From: Dehalococcoidia bacterium
GTDB taxonomy: Bacteria > Chloroflexota > Dehalococcoidia > Lucifugimonadales > UBA2985
NCBI GenBank assembly: GCA_965204895.1
Contig: OZ242025.1
Span: forward strand, 833,621-897,620
Direction: 5' to 3'
DNA: 64,000 bases
Within the stretch, counting starts at the first letter, position 1, and every line of letters starts with the position of its first letter. The translations under genes and the position numbers were made by a program. Below, piece by piece: positions 35,046 to 43,416 of the stretch. The notes beneath the pieces were generated by a model. It had not been told where the DNA came from. It saw only the letters and a program-made list of their open reading frames with translations, and ran no database searches.

Positions 35046-36434
35046 GTGCTCATGGACATGTCCCGGCGAGTCTACCCCCTGGACCCTCGCGAAATGACTG
35101 AGGAGCAGATTGCCGTGGCTTTCGCCATGACCTCCCGCAACCCGCAGCCCTTCGACGAGATAGCCAAGGCGGTCACTGAGGAGCGGGCGGCGGACTTCCA
35201 CGAGCGATGGGTGCTCAACTACGGCCATGCCTCCGTCGCTGAGCACGCCATAGTGCACATGGCGGTGGAGAACGTCTCCCGACTGGCCTGCGACACCCTG
35301 GAGGACAACCGCCTGGCGTCCTACACGGAGAAGTCGTCCAGATACCAGGTGCTTGACCAGGGCAGCTACCACGTTCCGGCTGAGCTTGAGGGCCATCCGC
35401 TCAGAGAAGTCTACGTCGATACCTGCGACGGGCTCTTTCGCTCTTACGAGGAGGCAGTCGAGCAGGCGCTACATCACCTCCGGGAGACCACGCCCCAGAA
35501 CGACGGCGAGCGAGATGCCGCCTACAACCTGCGACTGCGCAGGGTCGCCACCGACGTGTGCCGCTTCCTGCTGCCGGCCGCCACCCTGACCAACGTGGGC
35601 GTGACAATGAACGCCCGCTCCATGGAGCACGCCATCCGCAAGCTGCTCTCCTCCGACCTGTCCGAGGAGCGGGAGCTTGGCGAGGAGCTGAAGACGGAGG
35701 GCAGGCGCATCACGCCGACCCTCATCCGCTACGCCGACCGCAACGAGTACCTGGCCCTCACCCGCGAGTCGCAGATGGAGCGGTCGGCAGCGGACGACCC
35801 GCCGTCGGCCTACGACGACTGCCACGCGGAGCTGGCACACTACGACCCGGAGGCGGAGTCGAAGCTGGTCGCGGCGCTGCTGTATCGCTACTCCGGCGAG
35901 TCTTACCGGGACATCTGGCGGCGCGTGGAGTCGATGTCGCAGCAGGAGCGGGAGGCCGTGATCCACGAGGCGCTGGACCGCCTGGGGCCCCACGACATCC
36001 CCGTGCGGGAGCTGGAGGTGGTGGACTACACCTTTGACCTGGTGATGGACTACGGGGCGTACCGTGAGTTCAAGCGTCACCGGATGCAGACCTACATCCC
36101 CCAGCCTGCAACCGTGGGCCTTGGCTACATTGTGCCTGAGCTTGTGGTGGAGGCGGGGGCGGAGGGCCTCTTCCGGGAGGCCATGCAGGCGGCAGAGGAC
36201 GGCTTCTACCAGCTCCTGGACCCCCTCCCGCGAGTGGCGGAGTACCTGGTGACCCATGCCCATCTGCGTCGGGTGCTGTCCAGGATGAACCTGCGGGAGT
36301 GCTATCACCTCTTCAAGCTGCGCACCAGCCCCCAGGCGCACTTCACCATCCGCAGGGTCATGCAGCAGGCGCTGGATCTGGTCGTGGAGAAGCACCCGTT
36401 GCTGTTCCGCTATCTAAGGCTGCGGGGAGAGTAG
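35046..36434 (+). CDS. thyX: ThyX-family (FAD-dependent thymidylate synthase-like) protein, long two-lobed form
   Basis: NYGHASVAEHAIVHMAVENVSRLACDTLEDNRLASYTEKSSRY matches the GH.S..EH...F.I...SR.....RHR..S....S.RY pattern, with RHR replaced by DNR. A second lobe carries EFKRHRMQTY. Confidence 0.5.
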   Translation: MLMDMSRRVYPLDPREMTEEQIAVAFAMTSRNPQPFDEIAKAVTEERAADFHERWVLNYGHASVAEHAIVHMAVENVSRLACDTLEDNRLASYTEKSSRYQVLDQGSYHVPAELEGHPLREVYVDTCDGLFRSYEEAVEQALHHLRETTPQNDGERDAAYNLRLRRVATDVCRFLLPAATLTNVGVTMNARSMEHAIRKLLSSDLSEERELGEELKTEGRRITPTLIRYADRNEYLALTRESQMERSAADDPPSAYDDCHAELAHYDPEAESKLVAALLYRYSGESYRDIWRRVESMSQQEREAVIHEALDRLGPHDIPVRELEVVDYTFDLVMDYGAYREFKRHRMQTYIPQPATVGLGYIVPELVVEAGAEGLFREAMQAAEDGFYQLLDPLPRVAEYLVTHAHLRRVLSRMNLRECYHLFKLRTSPQAHFTIRRVMQQALDLVVEKHPLLFRYLRLRGE

Positions 36435-36476
36435 GCGGACTGATGCGATCCTGCATTGAAGTATGCAGTGCAATCA

Positions 36477-36485
36477 TGGTATAAT
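36477..36485 (+). promoter_or_regulatory. Extended -10 promoter element TGGTATAAT
   Basis: tggtataat lies 32 nt upstream of the ATG at 36517, with GGAGG before that ATG. Confidence 0.45.
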
Positions 36486-36516
36486 AGCGCATGAAAGCAT
36501 TGATGGAGGCGCTATC

Positions 36517-36759
36517 ATGGCAAGCATAACAGTTCGCAACCTGGATGACGGGCTGAAGCGGCGGCTGCGTGTTAGGGCCGCGGAGAACGGCCGGTCCATG
36601 GAGCAGGAGGCCCGGGAGATACTGAAGCAGGCTTTGGAGGAGGAGACGCCCATAAAGGATCTCGGAACCGCTATCCACGAGCTCTTCAAACCGTTCGGCG
36701 GCGTGGAACTGGAGATACCACCAAGGGACCCAATGCGCGAGCCTCCCAAGTTCGACTGA
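36517..36759 (+). CDS. FitA/StbC-like ribbon-helix-helix antitoxin
   Basis: MASITVRNLDDGLKRRLRVRAAENGRSMEQEAREILK, a typical Arc/MetJ-type VapB/FitA N-terminus. Confidence 0.8.
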   Translation: MASITVRNLDDGLKRRLRVRAAENGRSMEQEAREILKQALEEETPIKDLGTAIHELFKPFGGVELEIPPRDPMREPPKFD

Positions 36760-36769
36760 GCTTGCGGCG

Positions 36770-37189
36770 ATGATTATTCTTGACACCAATGTGGTCTCAG
36801 AACTCATGCGGGAGAGGCCAGGCTCAGGAGTCCGCTCGTGGCTGACCGCTCAGCCAGCCAGCATTCTCTTCACTACCGCTATCACTGAAGCTGAGATACT
36901 GTCTGGCATAGCCATTCTGCCCGATGGAGAGCGACGGCGCGGGCTTGCCGCCGCGGCTCAGCGCGCATTTGGCGTACTGTTTGGTGAACGTGTTCTCTCT
37001 TTTGACAGCAAGGCTGCCCAAGCCTACGCGGTGATAGCCGCCGCGCGCCGCGCCGCCGGGCATCCAATCAGCCACGCCGACTGCCAGATAGCGGCCATAG
37101 CACGCTCCACAGGAGCATCGGTCGCGACCAGGGACGCGGACGGCTTTCAGGGGTGTGGGGTAGACGTCATTAACCCCTGGCTGGACTGA
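36770..37189 (+). CDS. vapC: PIN-domain toxin VapC (FitB-like)
   Basis: MIILDTNVVSELMR (first acidic residue), with conserved E (ITEAEI) and D (DCQIAAIA) positions. 139 aa. Confidence 0.85.
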   Translation: MIILDTNVVSELMRERPGSGVRSWLTAQPASILFTTAITEAEILSGIAILPDGERRRGLAAAAQRAFGVLFGERVLSFDSKAAQAYAVIAAARRAAGHPISHADCQIAAIARSTGASVATRDADGFQGCGVDVINPWLD

Positions 37190-37277
37190 CGCAGACAGGC
37201 CAAGGCGGTGTTGTCATCAGACGGGCGACTAATCTATAATTGGGTTAGCCGCTAGACTCCGGCGGCGCACTGCAAGA

Positions 37278-37352
37278 GCGGAAGTGGCTCAGTGGTAGAG
37301 CATCTCCTTGCCAAGGAGAGGGTCGTGGGTTCGAATCCCATCTTCCGCTCCA
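37278..37352 (+). tRNA. tRNA-Gly (anticodon GCC), CCA encoded
   Basis: GCGGAAG-TG-GCTC-AGTGGTA-GAGC, anticodon stem TCTCC/GGAGA with loop TTGCCAA, T-loop TTCGAAT, then CTTCCGC-T-CCA. Confidence 0.9.
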
Positions 37353-37363
37353 TTCTTTTTTGA

Positions 37364-37451
37364 GCCGAAGTGGCGGAATGGTAGACGCGGCGGTCTCAAA
37401 AACCGTTGGGGCGCAATCCCCGTGCCGGTTCGAATCCGGCCTTCGGCACCA
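37364..37451 (+). tRNA. tRNA-Leu (anticodon CAA), CCA encoded
   Basis: GCCGAAG-TG-GCGGAATGGTAGACGC, anticodon loop CTCAAAA, long variable arm, T-arm CCGGT-TCGAATC-CGG, then CTTCGGC-A-CCA. Confidence 0.9.
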
Positions 37452-37463
37452 TGCGAGTTCCCT

Positions 37464-37907
37464 ATGCGTTTCGTATACCCAGCCAGACTAGATCACTACA
37501 GCGAGAATGAGGTTGTGGTCTCATCCCGGGATGTGCCGTGGTGCCACACGTCCGGCGAGAACGTAGACGAAGCGCTAGTGGAAGCCGCGGACGCGTTAGA
37601 GGAGGCAATTGCCGGGTGCATCAACCACGGAGAGCACATACCCACACCCAGCTCCCCACTCCCGGGCGAGCATCCGGTTGCCCTGCCCATTGACATGGCG
37701 GCCAAGGCTGCCCTTGCACTGGCGTTCCGCGCAAGTGGGTTGACCCGGGTTGCCCTTGCCAAGCGCCTCAACGTACACGATAGAGTAGTGCGCCGTATGC
37801 TGGACCCACGGCACGGGACATCCGTCAGCCGCATCAACGACGCCCTGCGCGTCTTGGGCAGTGAGGCGATCCTTGAAGTGCAGACCTTGCCCGCGGCTTC
37901 AACATAG
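37464..37907 (+). CDS. HicB-like antitoxin with a C-terminal HTH domain
   Basis: N-terminus FVYPARLDHYSENEVVVSSRDVPWCHTSGENVDEALVEAADALEEAI (HicB fold). C-terminus GLTRVALAKRLNVHDRVVRRMLD (HTH). The start was taken 3' of the tRNA that the longer ORF 37308.. overlaps. Confidence 0.7.
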   Translation: MRFVYPARLDHYSENEVVVSSRDVPWCHTSGENVDEALVEAADALEEAIAGCINHGEHIPTPSSPLPGEHPVALPIDMAAKAALALAFRASGLTRVALAKRLNVHDRVVRRMLDPRHGTSVSRINDALRVLGSEAILEVQTLPAAST

Positions 37908-37930
37908 TTGGAGATACCAGGAGTGACGCC

Positions 37931-38269
37931 ATGATGGAGTACAAGGGGTACATTGTCAAAGTTGAGTACGACGATTCCGTTGGCCTTCTGCACGGGAGCG
38001 TGATCAACAGCGGGAGCTACCCCGTTGCAACCTGTGAGGCGGCTGACGTGGAGACGCTCAGGAAGGAGTTCCGAATTTCCATAGACGAATACCTGGCCTG
38101 GTGCGCGGAGGACGGCGTTGAGCCCAAGCGGCCCTTCTCCGGCAAGCTGAACCTGCGCCTGGGGCCGGACCTCCACGCGCGTGTGGCCGCGCTCGCGGCC
38201 CAGAGTGGTATGAGCATCAACAGCTGGATCAAGGAAGCGCTGGAACGGGAGACGTCCAAACTGAGATGA
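37931..38269 (+). CDS. HicB-family antitoxin with a C-terminal ribbon-helix-helix
   Basis: YKGYIVKVEYDDSVGLLHGSVIN...TLRKEFRISIDEYLAWCAEDG...GKLNLRLGPDLHARVAALAAQSGMSINSWIKEAL. Confidence 0.75.
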   Translation: MMEYKGYIVKVEYDDSVGLLHGSVINSGSYPVATCEAADVETLRKEFRISIDEYLAWCAEDGVEPKRPFSGKLNLRLGPDLHARVAALAAQSGMSINSWIKEALERETSKLR

Positions 38270-39231
38270 ACGCCAAAAAGCCCGAGTTACAAGACTTCAG
38301 GATAACACCCGAAGAATATGACCTATATGTGGGCAAGAGGGGTTTGTACCCTTCAGACCGAGCATTTGGGTATTCACTAGCAGTCATCTTTGTGGTCGCG
38401 TTCTCAAGCCTTTATGTCGGTACCCGCGATTTGGGCATTGCGTTCTGGCTTGGCTTATCGATAACCGCCGCGAGCTTAATGCTAGTTGTGCCGATAGTTG
38501 GATCCTTGGTCAAATTAGCCATTACGCATTACCAGAGAGACCGCCTATTGGGTAGCCCCATCGTCTCTAGGATCGAACTATATGAAGAGGCATTGGCAGC
38601 TTACCAGAACATTATAGAAGACGCGAAGAGAGCAAGGCGGGAGGCAGAGAGGCAAAGATGGGAGGCGGAGAGGGCGCGGGAGAGGGCCGAGTGGGCCCGC
38701 CAGAAGGCTGAGAGAGAACGGCTCAGGAAACTAAGCGAATACTGGACATCTCTAAGCGGCGTCGCATTTGAGCGGGAGTTGGCAAACCTATATAGACGCC
38801 TCGGCTATCTTGTAGAAACCACCCCTGGCTCTGGAGATCAAGGAATTGACCTCATTGTCAAAAAAGATGGTCTTACGACCATAGTTCAGTGCAAGGCTCA
38901 CAAATCCCCTGTAGGACCTGCAATCGCCAGAGAGCTGTACGGAAGCCTGGTTGCTTACGGTGCTGACCTTGCAATCCTGGCCTCGACTGGAGGGTTCACA
39001 CAGGGTGTAAAGGATTTTGCGCGGGGGAAACCAATAGCCCTCATCTCTGCTTATGAACTGGCCGCTTTGGGAGAGAGGGGCGAAGCACTACCAGAGCAAA
39101 GTATCCCACCCATCTGCCCCGCGCAGGGATGTGGAAAAACGATGGTCACACGGACTGGCAGATACGGCACATTTTGGGGATGCCCGACCTTCCCCAAATG
39201 CAAAGGAACCAGGGAATACCGGGGCCAGTGA
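38266..39231 (+). CDS. Membrane-anchored Mrr-type (Mrr_cat) restriction-endonuclease-fold protein with a C-terminal topoisomerase-type C4 zinc ribbon
   Basis: Two N-terminal TM helices and a charged coiled coil (RREAERQRWEAERARERAEWARQKAERERL). Mrr_cat core FERELANLYRRLGYLVETTPGSGDQGIDLIV...IVQCKAHKSPVG. C-terminus CPAQGCGKTMV...FWGCPTFPKCKGT. ATGA overlap with the upstream gene. Confidence 0.75.
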   Translation: MNAKKPELQDFRITPEEYDLYVGKRGLYPSDRAFGYSLAVIFVVAFSSLYVGTRDLGIAFWLGLSITAASLMLVVPIVGSLVKLAITHYQRDRLLGSPIVSRIELYEEALAAYQNIIEDAKRARREAERQRWEAERARERAEWARQKAERERLRKLSEYWTSLSGVAFERELANLYRRLGYLVETTPGSGDQGIDLIVKKDGLTTIVQCKAHKSPVGPAIARELYGSLVAYGADLAILASTGGFTQGVKDFARGKPIALISAYELAALGERGEALPEQSIPPICPAQGCGKTMVTRTGRYGTFWGCPTFPKCKGTREYRGQ

Positions 39232-39241
39232 ACAGCCACCC

Positions 39242-39946
39242 CTAAGCCGGCACGGGCGTTGAGCGGCTGGCCGGGTGCGCCTCCTGGTACTCATCGGCAA
39301 GGCGCGGCAGGTCCGAGGCGCGCATGTACGACCAGTCTATGCTCTCGGCCGTGCTCCTGCGCATACCCACCAGCATCACAATTTCCTGACCGGCCTCGCC
39401 GGGCGGGTCCCACAGCCACGCCAGGGTCACGCGCTCGGCGCGGTCGTCGTTGAAGATGCGCCGCAGCACCTCGATGCTGGGGTTATGGAGGATGGCGCTG
39501 GGAAATGCGCTGGTGGGGTCGTACCCCTCCGCCAGCACGCCGATGATGGGGTCGCGGCCGGACTCGCCGAACCGCACGCCCAGGTAGCGGGCCCGGGCCG
39601 TGTTGCTGGAGTCGTCCAGGGCCCGTAGCACGCTGTCGTCCAGCCACAGGTGGTACTCGGTTATGTCCGGGTTGGCGGGTATGGTCGGAGCCTCCGGCTG
39701 GCGGACTCCCCTCAACGGCTCAATGACCGGCAGCGCCAGGGAGCCAATCAGCCCGACGATGATGAAGAAGGCGATTGCCTTCAGCAGGAATGAGACGGGG
39801 ATACCGGCGATGGTGGCCGGGCCCTCCGGCTCCGGCAGGTTGGACAGCTCCTCAATCTCGTCGGGATCGGGGAACTCCCAGTCCTGGTAATCGTCGTCAG
39901 GGTTTGGGGGCCTTCTTCTCACGGCTGGGGGCCACCTCTCCCCCAT
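39242..39946 (-). CDS. Hypothetical single-pass membrane protein
   Basis: One TM segment (FLLKAIAFFIIVGLIGSLALPV) after an acidic N-terminus. No recognisable domain. Confidence 0.45.
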   Translation of the reverse strand: MGERWPPAVRRRPPNPDDDYQDWEFPDPDEIEELSNLPEPEGPATIAGIPVSFLLKAIAFFIIVGLIGSLALPVIEPLRGVRQPEAPTIPANPDITEYHLWLDDSVLRALDDSSNTARARYLGVRFGESGRDPIIGVLAEGYDPTSAFPSAILHNPSIEVLRRIFNDDRAERVTLAWLWDPPGEAGQEIVMLVGMRRSTAESIDWSYMRASDLPRLADEYQEAHPASRSTPVPA

Positions 39947-39950
39947 CTGG

Positions 39951-39970
39951 ATTCCTGCCTCCGCAGGAAT
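39951..39970. repeat. REP-like hairpin, class A (attcctgc-ctcc-gcaggaat)
   Basis: Perfect 8-bp inverted repeat within ctggattcctgcctccgcaggaatggcgg. Confidence 0.7.
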
Positions 39971-40088
39971 GGCGGTGAAGGGTGAATTGTGTCCGGGCCG
40001 GGGGGTCTTATTCTCATGGCGAGGATTCCAAGTGCTTGTACGCGCTTGGCAGCGCTAGAGAGGGCTTTTGGCGTGCCCCCTCTCTAAC

Positions 40089-40110
40089 TCTCCCCCTGAA
40101 GGGGGCGAGA
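40089..40110. repeat. Palindromic hairpin, class D (tctccccc-tgaa-gggggcgaga)
   Basis: GC-rich inverted repeat with one bulged C, in the same intergenic REP cluster. Confidence 0.5.
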
Positions 40111-40138
40111 ATGCCCTTTCCCACAGGGACATTCCACT

Positions 40139-40152
40139 CCTGCCTTCGCAGG
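40139..40152. repeat. REP-like hairpin, degenerate class A (cctgc-cttc-gcagg)
   Basis: 5-bp core of the class A stem with the same YTYC loop. Confidence 0.45.
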
Positions 40153-40183
40153 GGTCTACCGGGTGCTTTGACGGGACCCCTAG

Positions 40184-40203
40184 ATTCCTGCTTTCGCAGG
40201 AAT
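40184..40203. repeat. REP-like hairpin, class A (attcctgc-tttc-gcaggaat)
   Basis: Perfect 8-bp inverted repeat within ctagattcctgctttcgcaggaatgacag. Confidence 0.7.
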
Positions 40204-40265
40204 GACAGTGGTGGGCTATGGGCCAAATTACGCAAGATGTCCCTCAGGAGTGTGGAGGAAAAGTG

Positions 40266-41315
40266 TCACCGGCGGACGGCCGCCCGCTCCTTCATCACGG
40301 AGTCCACAACGTCCAGCGCGGCGTCTACGTCCTCCTGCCCAATGCCGTAGTGGGTCACAAACCGCACCCGCGAGCCGTGGGGGTGGGAGCCGCGCAGGCC
40401 GCGCGCCTCCGCCTCCCGCAGGAAGCCCGGCGCGTCGCCGTCGGCAAGCTCCAGGATGACGATGTTGGTCTGGATTGTAGTCGGGTCGATGAGCACGCCC
40501 GGGATGCGGCTCAGCCCCTCGGCAAGCCGGCGGGCGTTGGCGTGGTCCTCCGCCAGTCGCTCCGTCATCTCCTCCAGGGCAACCAGGGCCGCCGCCGCCA
40601 GAACGCCCGCCTGCCGCATACCGCCGCCCAGCATGTTGCGGTTGCGGCGCGCCCGCTCAATGAAGTCACGGGGGCCGCAGACAATGGAACCCACCGGGCA
40701 GGAGAGGCCCTTGGAGAAGCAGAACATCACAGAGTCCACGGAGCGCACAATCTCCGCCGGGGGCAGGCCCAGGTACACGGCGGCGTTGAAAATGCGAGCG
40801 CCGTCCAGGTGCATGGAAGCGTCCCGGCTGTGGGCCATGTCGGCAATGGCGTCGGTGTACTCAGGCGTCAGCACCCGGCCGCTGCACCGGTTGTGGGTGT
40901 TCTCCAGGCACACCAGTGCAGTGCGCGGGAAGCGGGGACTCGGCGGGCGGATGGCGTCCTCTATCGCCTGCGGGTCCATCGTGCCGTCCTCGGCGTTGTG
41001 AAGCTGCCGGTAGGCCACGCCGCCCAGGGTGGATGCGCCGCCGTACTCGTACAGGTAGATGTGCGACTGGTCTCCGACGATGACCTCGTCTCCACGCTGG
41101 CAGTGGCTCAGGATGGACGCCAAGTTGGCCATGGTGCCGCTGGGCACGAAGACCGCCGCCTCCATGCCCATCATGCGCGCCACCGTGTCCTGCAAACGAT
41201 TGACGGTGGGGTCGTCACCCCAGCCGTCGTCCCCGACCTCTGCGGTTGCCATGGCCTGCCGCATGGCGGGCGTGGGATGGGTCACGGTGTCGCTGCGCAG
41301 GTCAATCTGTCTCAA
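40266..41315 (-). CDS. ltaE: Low-specificity L-threonine aldolase
   Basis: MRQIDLRSDTVTHPTPAMRQAMA...VGDDGWGDDPTVNRLQ...FCFSKGLSCPVGS (PLP lysine context). Confidence 0.85.
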   Translation of the reverse strand: MRQIDLRSDTVTHPTPAMRQAMATAEVGDDGWGDDPTVNRLQDTVARMMGMEAAVFVPSGTMANLASILSHCQRGDEVIVGDQSHIYLYEYGGASTLGGVAYRQLHNAEDGTMDPQAIEDAIRPPSPRFPRTALVCLENTHNRCSGRVLTPEYTDAIADMAHSRDASMHLDGARIFNAAVYLGLPPAEIVRSVDSVMFCFSKGLSCPVGSIVCGPRDFIERARRNRNMLGGGMRQAGVLAAAALVALEEMTERLAEDHANARRLAEGLSRIPGVLIDPTTIQTNIVILELADGDAPGFLREAEARGLRGSHPHGSRVRFVTHYGIGQEDVDAALDVVDSVMKERAAVRR

Positions 41316-41397
41316 GGAAGCGCCTCCTGTACAAATTACAACGCCCTCATTCTAACATATGCCCCAAGCGACAGGCGTGCTATAGTATGGTGCAGCC

Positions 41398-42060
41398 ATG
41401 GGAGGCGACAAGGAGCAACTCAGGATGAGCGAGAGGGAGCGAATCAACTGGGCGGCCAGATGGGCCGGAGGCGACTACGAGGGCCGCAGCGCGCCGTCGC
41501 CTCTAATCGTCGCCTGGGCCGACCACCTGCCGAAGGGACGCGCCCTGGACCTGGCCTGCGGCAACGGTCGAAACGCCCTCTACCTTGCCGAGCGCGGGTT
41601 CGAGGTCGACGCCCTGGACATCGCCGAGCCCGCCCTGAAGCTGGTCCAGGACACCGCCCGGGAGCGCGGGCTGGCCGTCAACACCATCCTCGCAGACCTG
41701 GACGACCACCCCCTTCCCGCCGAGACCTACGACCTGATAACCACCAGCTTCTACCTCAACCGCAGCCTGATTCCCAGGATGAAGGACGCCCTCAAGCCCG
41801 GCGGCTTTGTGCTCCACGAGCAGCACTACGCCACTGACTCCGACGTGAGCGGCCCCACGGACCCGGACTTCCGCCTGCGCTCAAACGAGCTTCTGCGGCT
41901 GTTCCCGGACTTCCGCGTGCGGTTCTTCTCGGAGGGCCTGGCGTGGGAGTCTGAGCGGGAGGGAGGCCGCCTCATAGCCCTTCAGCAGCTTGTGGCCCAG
42001 AAGCGGCCCGCCGGGTTCGAGCCTCCGGCGAGCGGCGACAGGGAGGCGCGCCTTGGCTGA
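41398..42060 (+). CDS. Class I SAM-dependent methyltransferase (TehB-like)
   Basis: RALDLACGNGRNALYLAERGFEVDALDI (motif I plus the acidic loop) and LKPGGFVL. Confidence 0.7.
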   Translation: MGGDKEQLRMSERERINWAARWAGGDYEGRSAPSPLIVAWADHLPKGRALDLACGNGRNALYLAERGFEVDALDIAEPALKLVQDTARERGLAVNTILADLDDHPLPAETYDLITTSFYLNRSLIPRMKDALKPGGFVLHEQHYATDSDVSGPTDPDFRLRSNELLRLFPDFRVRFFSEGLAWESEREGGRLIALQQLVAQKRPAGFEPPASGDREARLG

Positions 42061-42076
42061 CGTATCCATCGCAGAG

Positions 42077-42679
42077 ATGCTCGCCGGATTTGGCGTAAGC
42101 GACGCTGGTTCGCAGCAATCGGCCCTTGTGGCGCTGGTCGCGGCCGGCGTGGTGTCCAGCCGCCCGAACCGCACCCGCATCGCCGCCGACAAGCGGGAGC
42201 GCGTTGGCGAGGTCCTGGCAGAGGCCTTCTTTCAACACTGCCACAACGGGGACTGCCGCCAGCAGGCCGCAAGCGCCGTAGACCCGCGCTCCCTGCTTCT
42301 GGTAGACCAGCCCTCCTGCCAGGTGTGCCACGGGTCCACCAACCGGAGCGCCCTGGAGCGGATGGCAAAGTCGCTGAAGACGGCGGGGGTCAGCCGCGTG
42401 CTGGTGGTCGGCGGCACGGAGGCGCAGGCGCGGGAGATCCGCGACAACTCGCCGAGCTCCGTAGAGTGGCGGTTCGTGACCACGCAGACGTCCCGGGACG
42501 CCCGGTACTACCGCAGCGACCGGGACTGGGCGGACGTGATAGTCTTCTGGGCCAGCACTCCCCTGCCCCACAAGGTGTCGCGCCACTTTGAAAGCAAGGG
42601 TGACGGGCGCAAAGTGTCTGTGACGCGCAGGGGCGTCGCCGCGCTGGCAGAAGAGGTCAGACAGCACCTGGAGCGGTAG
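42077..42679 (+). CDS. Hypothetical protein with CxxxxC / CxxC pairs
   Basis: ORF with local codon usage, containing HCHNGDC and CQVCHG. The start was set at the first ATG after the upstream stop. Confidence 0.4.
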   Translation: MLAGFGVSDAGSQQSALVALVAAGVVSSRPNRTRIAADKRERVGEVLAEAFFQHCHNGDCRQQAASAVDPRSLLLVDQPSCQVCHGSTNRSALERMAKSLKTAGVSRVLVVGGTEAQAREIRDNSPSSVEWRFVTTQTSRDARYYRSDRDWADVIVFWASTPLPHKVSRHFESKGDGRKVSVTRRGVAALAEEVRQHLER

Positions 42680-42696
42680 GCGGCATCATAGTTTTG

Positions 42697-42735
42697 TCCC
42701 GCTCATCCCCGTACTTGATACGGGGGTGAGCGGGA
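42697..42735. repeat. Composite REP-like element: class C arms (tcccgctca/tgagcggga) enclosing a class B hairpin
   Basis: tcccgctcatccccgtacttgatacgggggtgagcggga is a near-perfect 17-bp palindrome. The inner unit at 42707-42725 equals the units at 929-947 and 55846-55864. Confidence 0.75.
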
Positions 42736-42828
42736 AACAAGGCGTATCAGTACATCTCTGTTATGCCTATAAGGAACACCAACACACAGAGAATACCTCT
42801 GGTCTGAACCACTGCTGTGTGTGTCGCG

Positions 42829-43269
42829 TCAGGAGAACGTGACGCAGACGTCCTCCACAACCCTCAGTACGGCCTCTTGATAAAACCTCCGCTTGTACTC
42901 GTCCGAGATCTCCCGGGTCAGGAGCATCCTGTCCTCACCCGGCGGCGCAAGGACAATCAGCACCTTGGAACGCTCCCTGAGTATCACGCCGTCTGAGCCG
43001 CGCCATTGGCCCTGGGCATCCAGCACCGTCAGGCCGTCCGGGAACCGGGGCGTCACCGTGTCCTCAAGGAAGGCGGCCCAGGCAGCGTCGTCTACGACCT
43101 CGCCGGTCTGGTTGTTGCGGCCCATGAACAGCCTGTACTCCACGAATGGGTCGGTCCCCTCTGGGCAGGCGGGCACATCGGTGTTGGCGCAGGCCGCAGC
43201 CAGCAGGCCAATCGACAGGCAGGCCAGGGTCGCTATTCGCATGAGCGCTCCTAAGGATGTTTTGCTCAT
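42829..43269 (-). CDS. Lipoprotein, DUF3574-like
   Basis: Lipobox LLAAAC. YRLFMGRNNQTGEVVDDAAWAAFLEDTVTPRFPDGLTVLDAQGQWR resembles the DUF3574 pattern (recalled from memory). The ORF track start at 43311 is probably too long. Confidence 0.45.
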   Translation of the reverse strand: MSKTSLGALMRIATLACLSIGLLAAACANTDVPACPEGTDPFVEYRLFMGRNNQTGEVVDDAAWAAFLEDTVTPRFPDGLTVLDAQGQWRGSDGVILRERSKVLIVLAPPGEDRMLLTREISDEYKRRFYQEAVLRVVEDVCVTFS

Positions 43270-43416
43270 AGCCTGTTTACGCACCGGGAGCGGCGCACAG
43301 GCGCAGCGCAACGGTCAAAGTATACAGAATAACCACAGGCTGTGCTATTCTACTTGCAGACAGACCTGCCCTGGGCCTTTGCCCTTGGGGTCGGGCTCCT
43401 GAGGAGAGCTTGCGGC

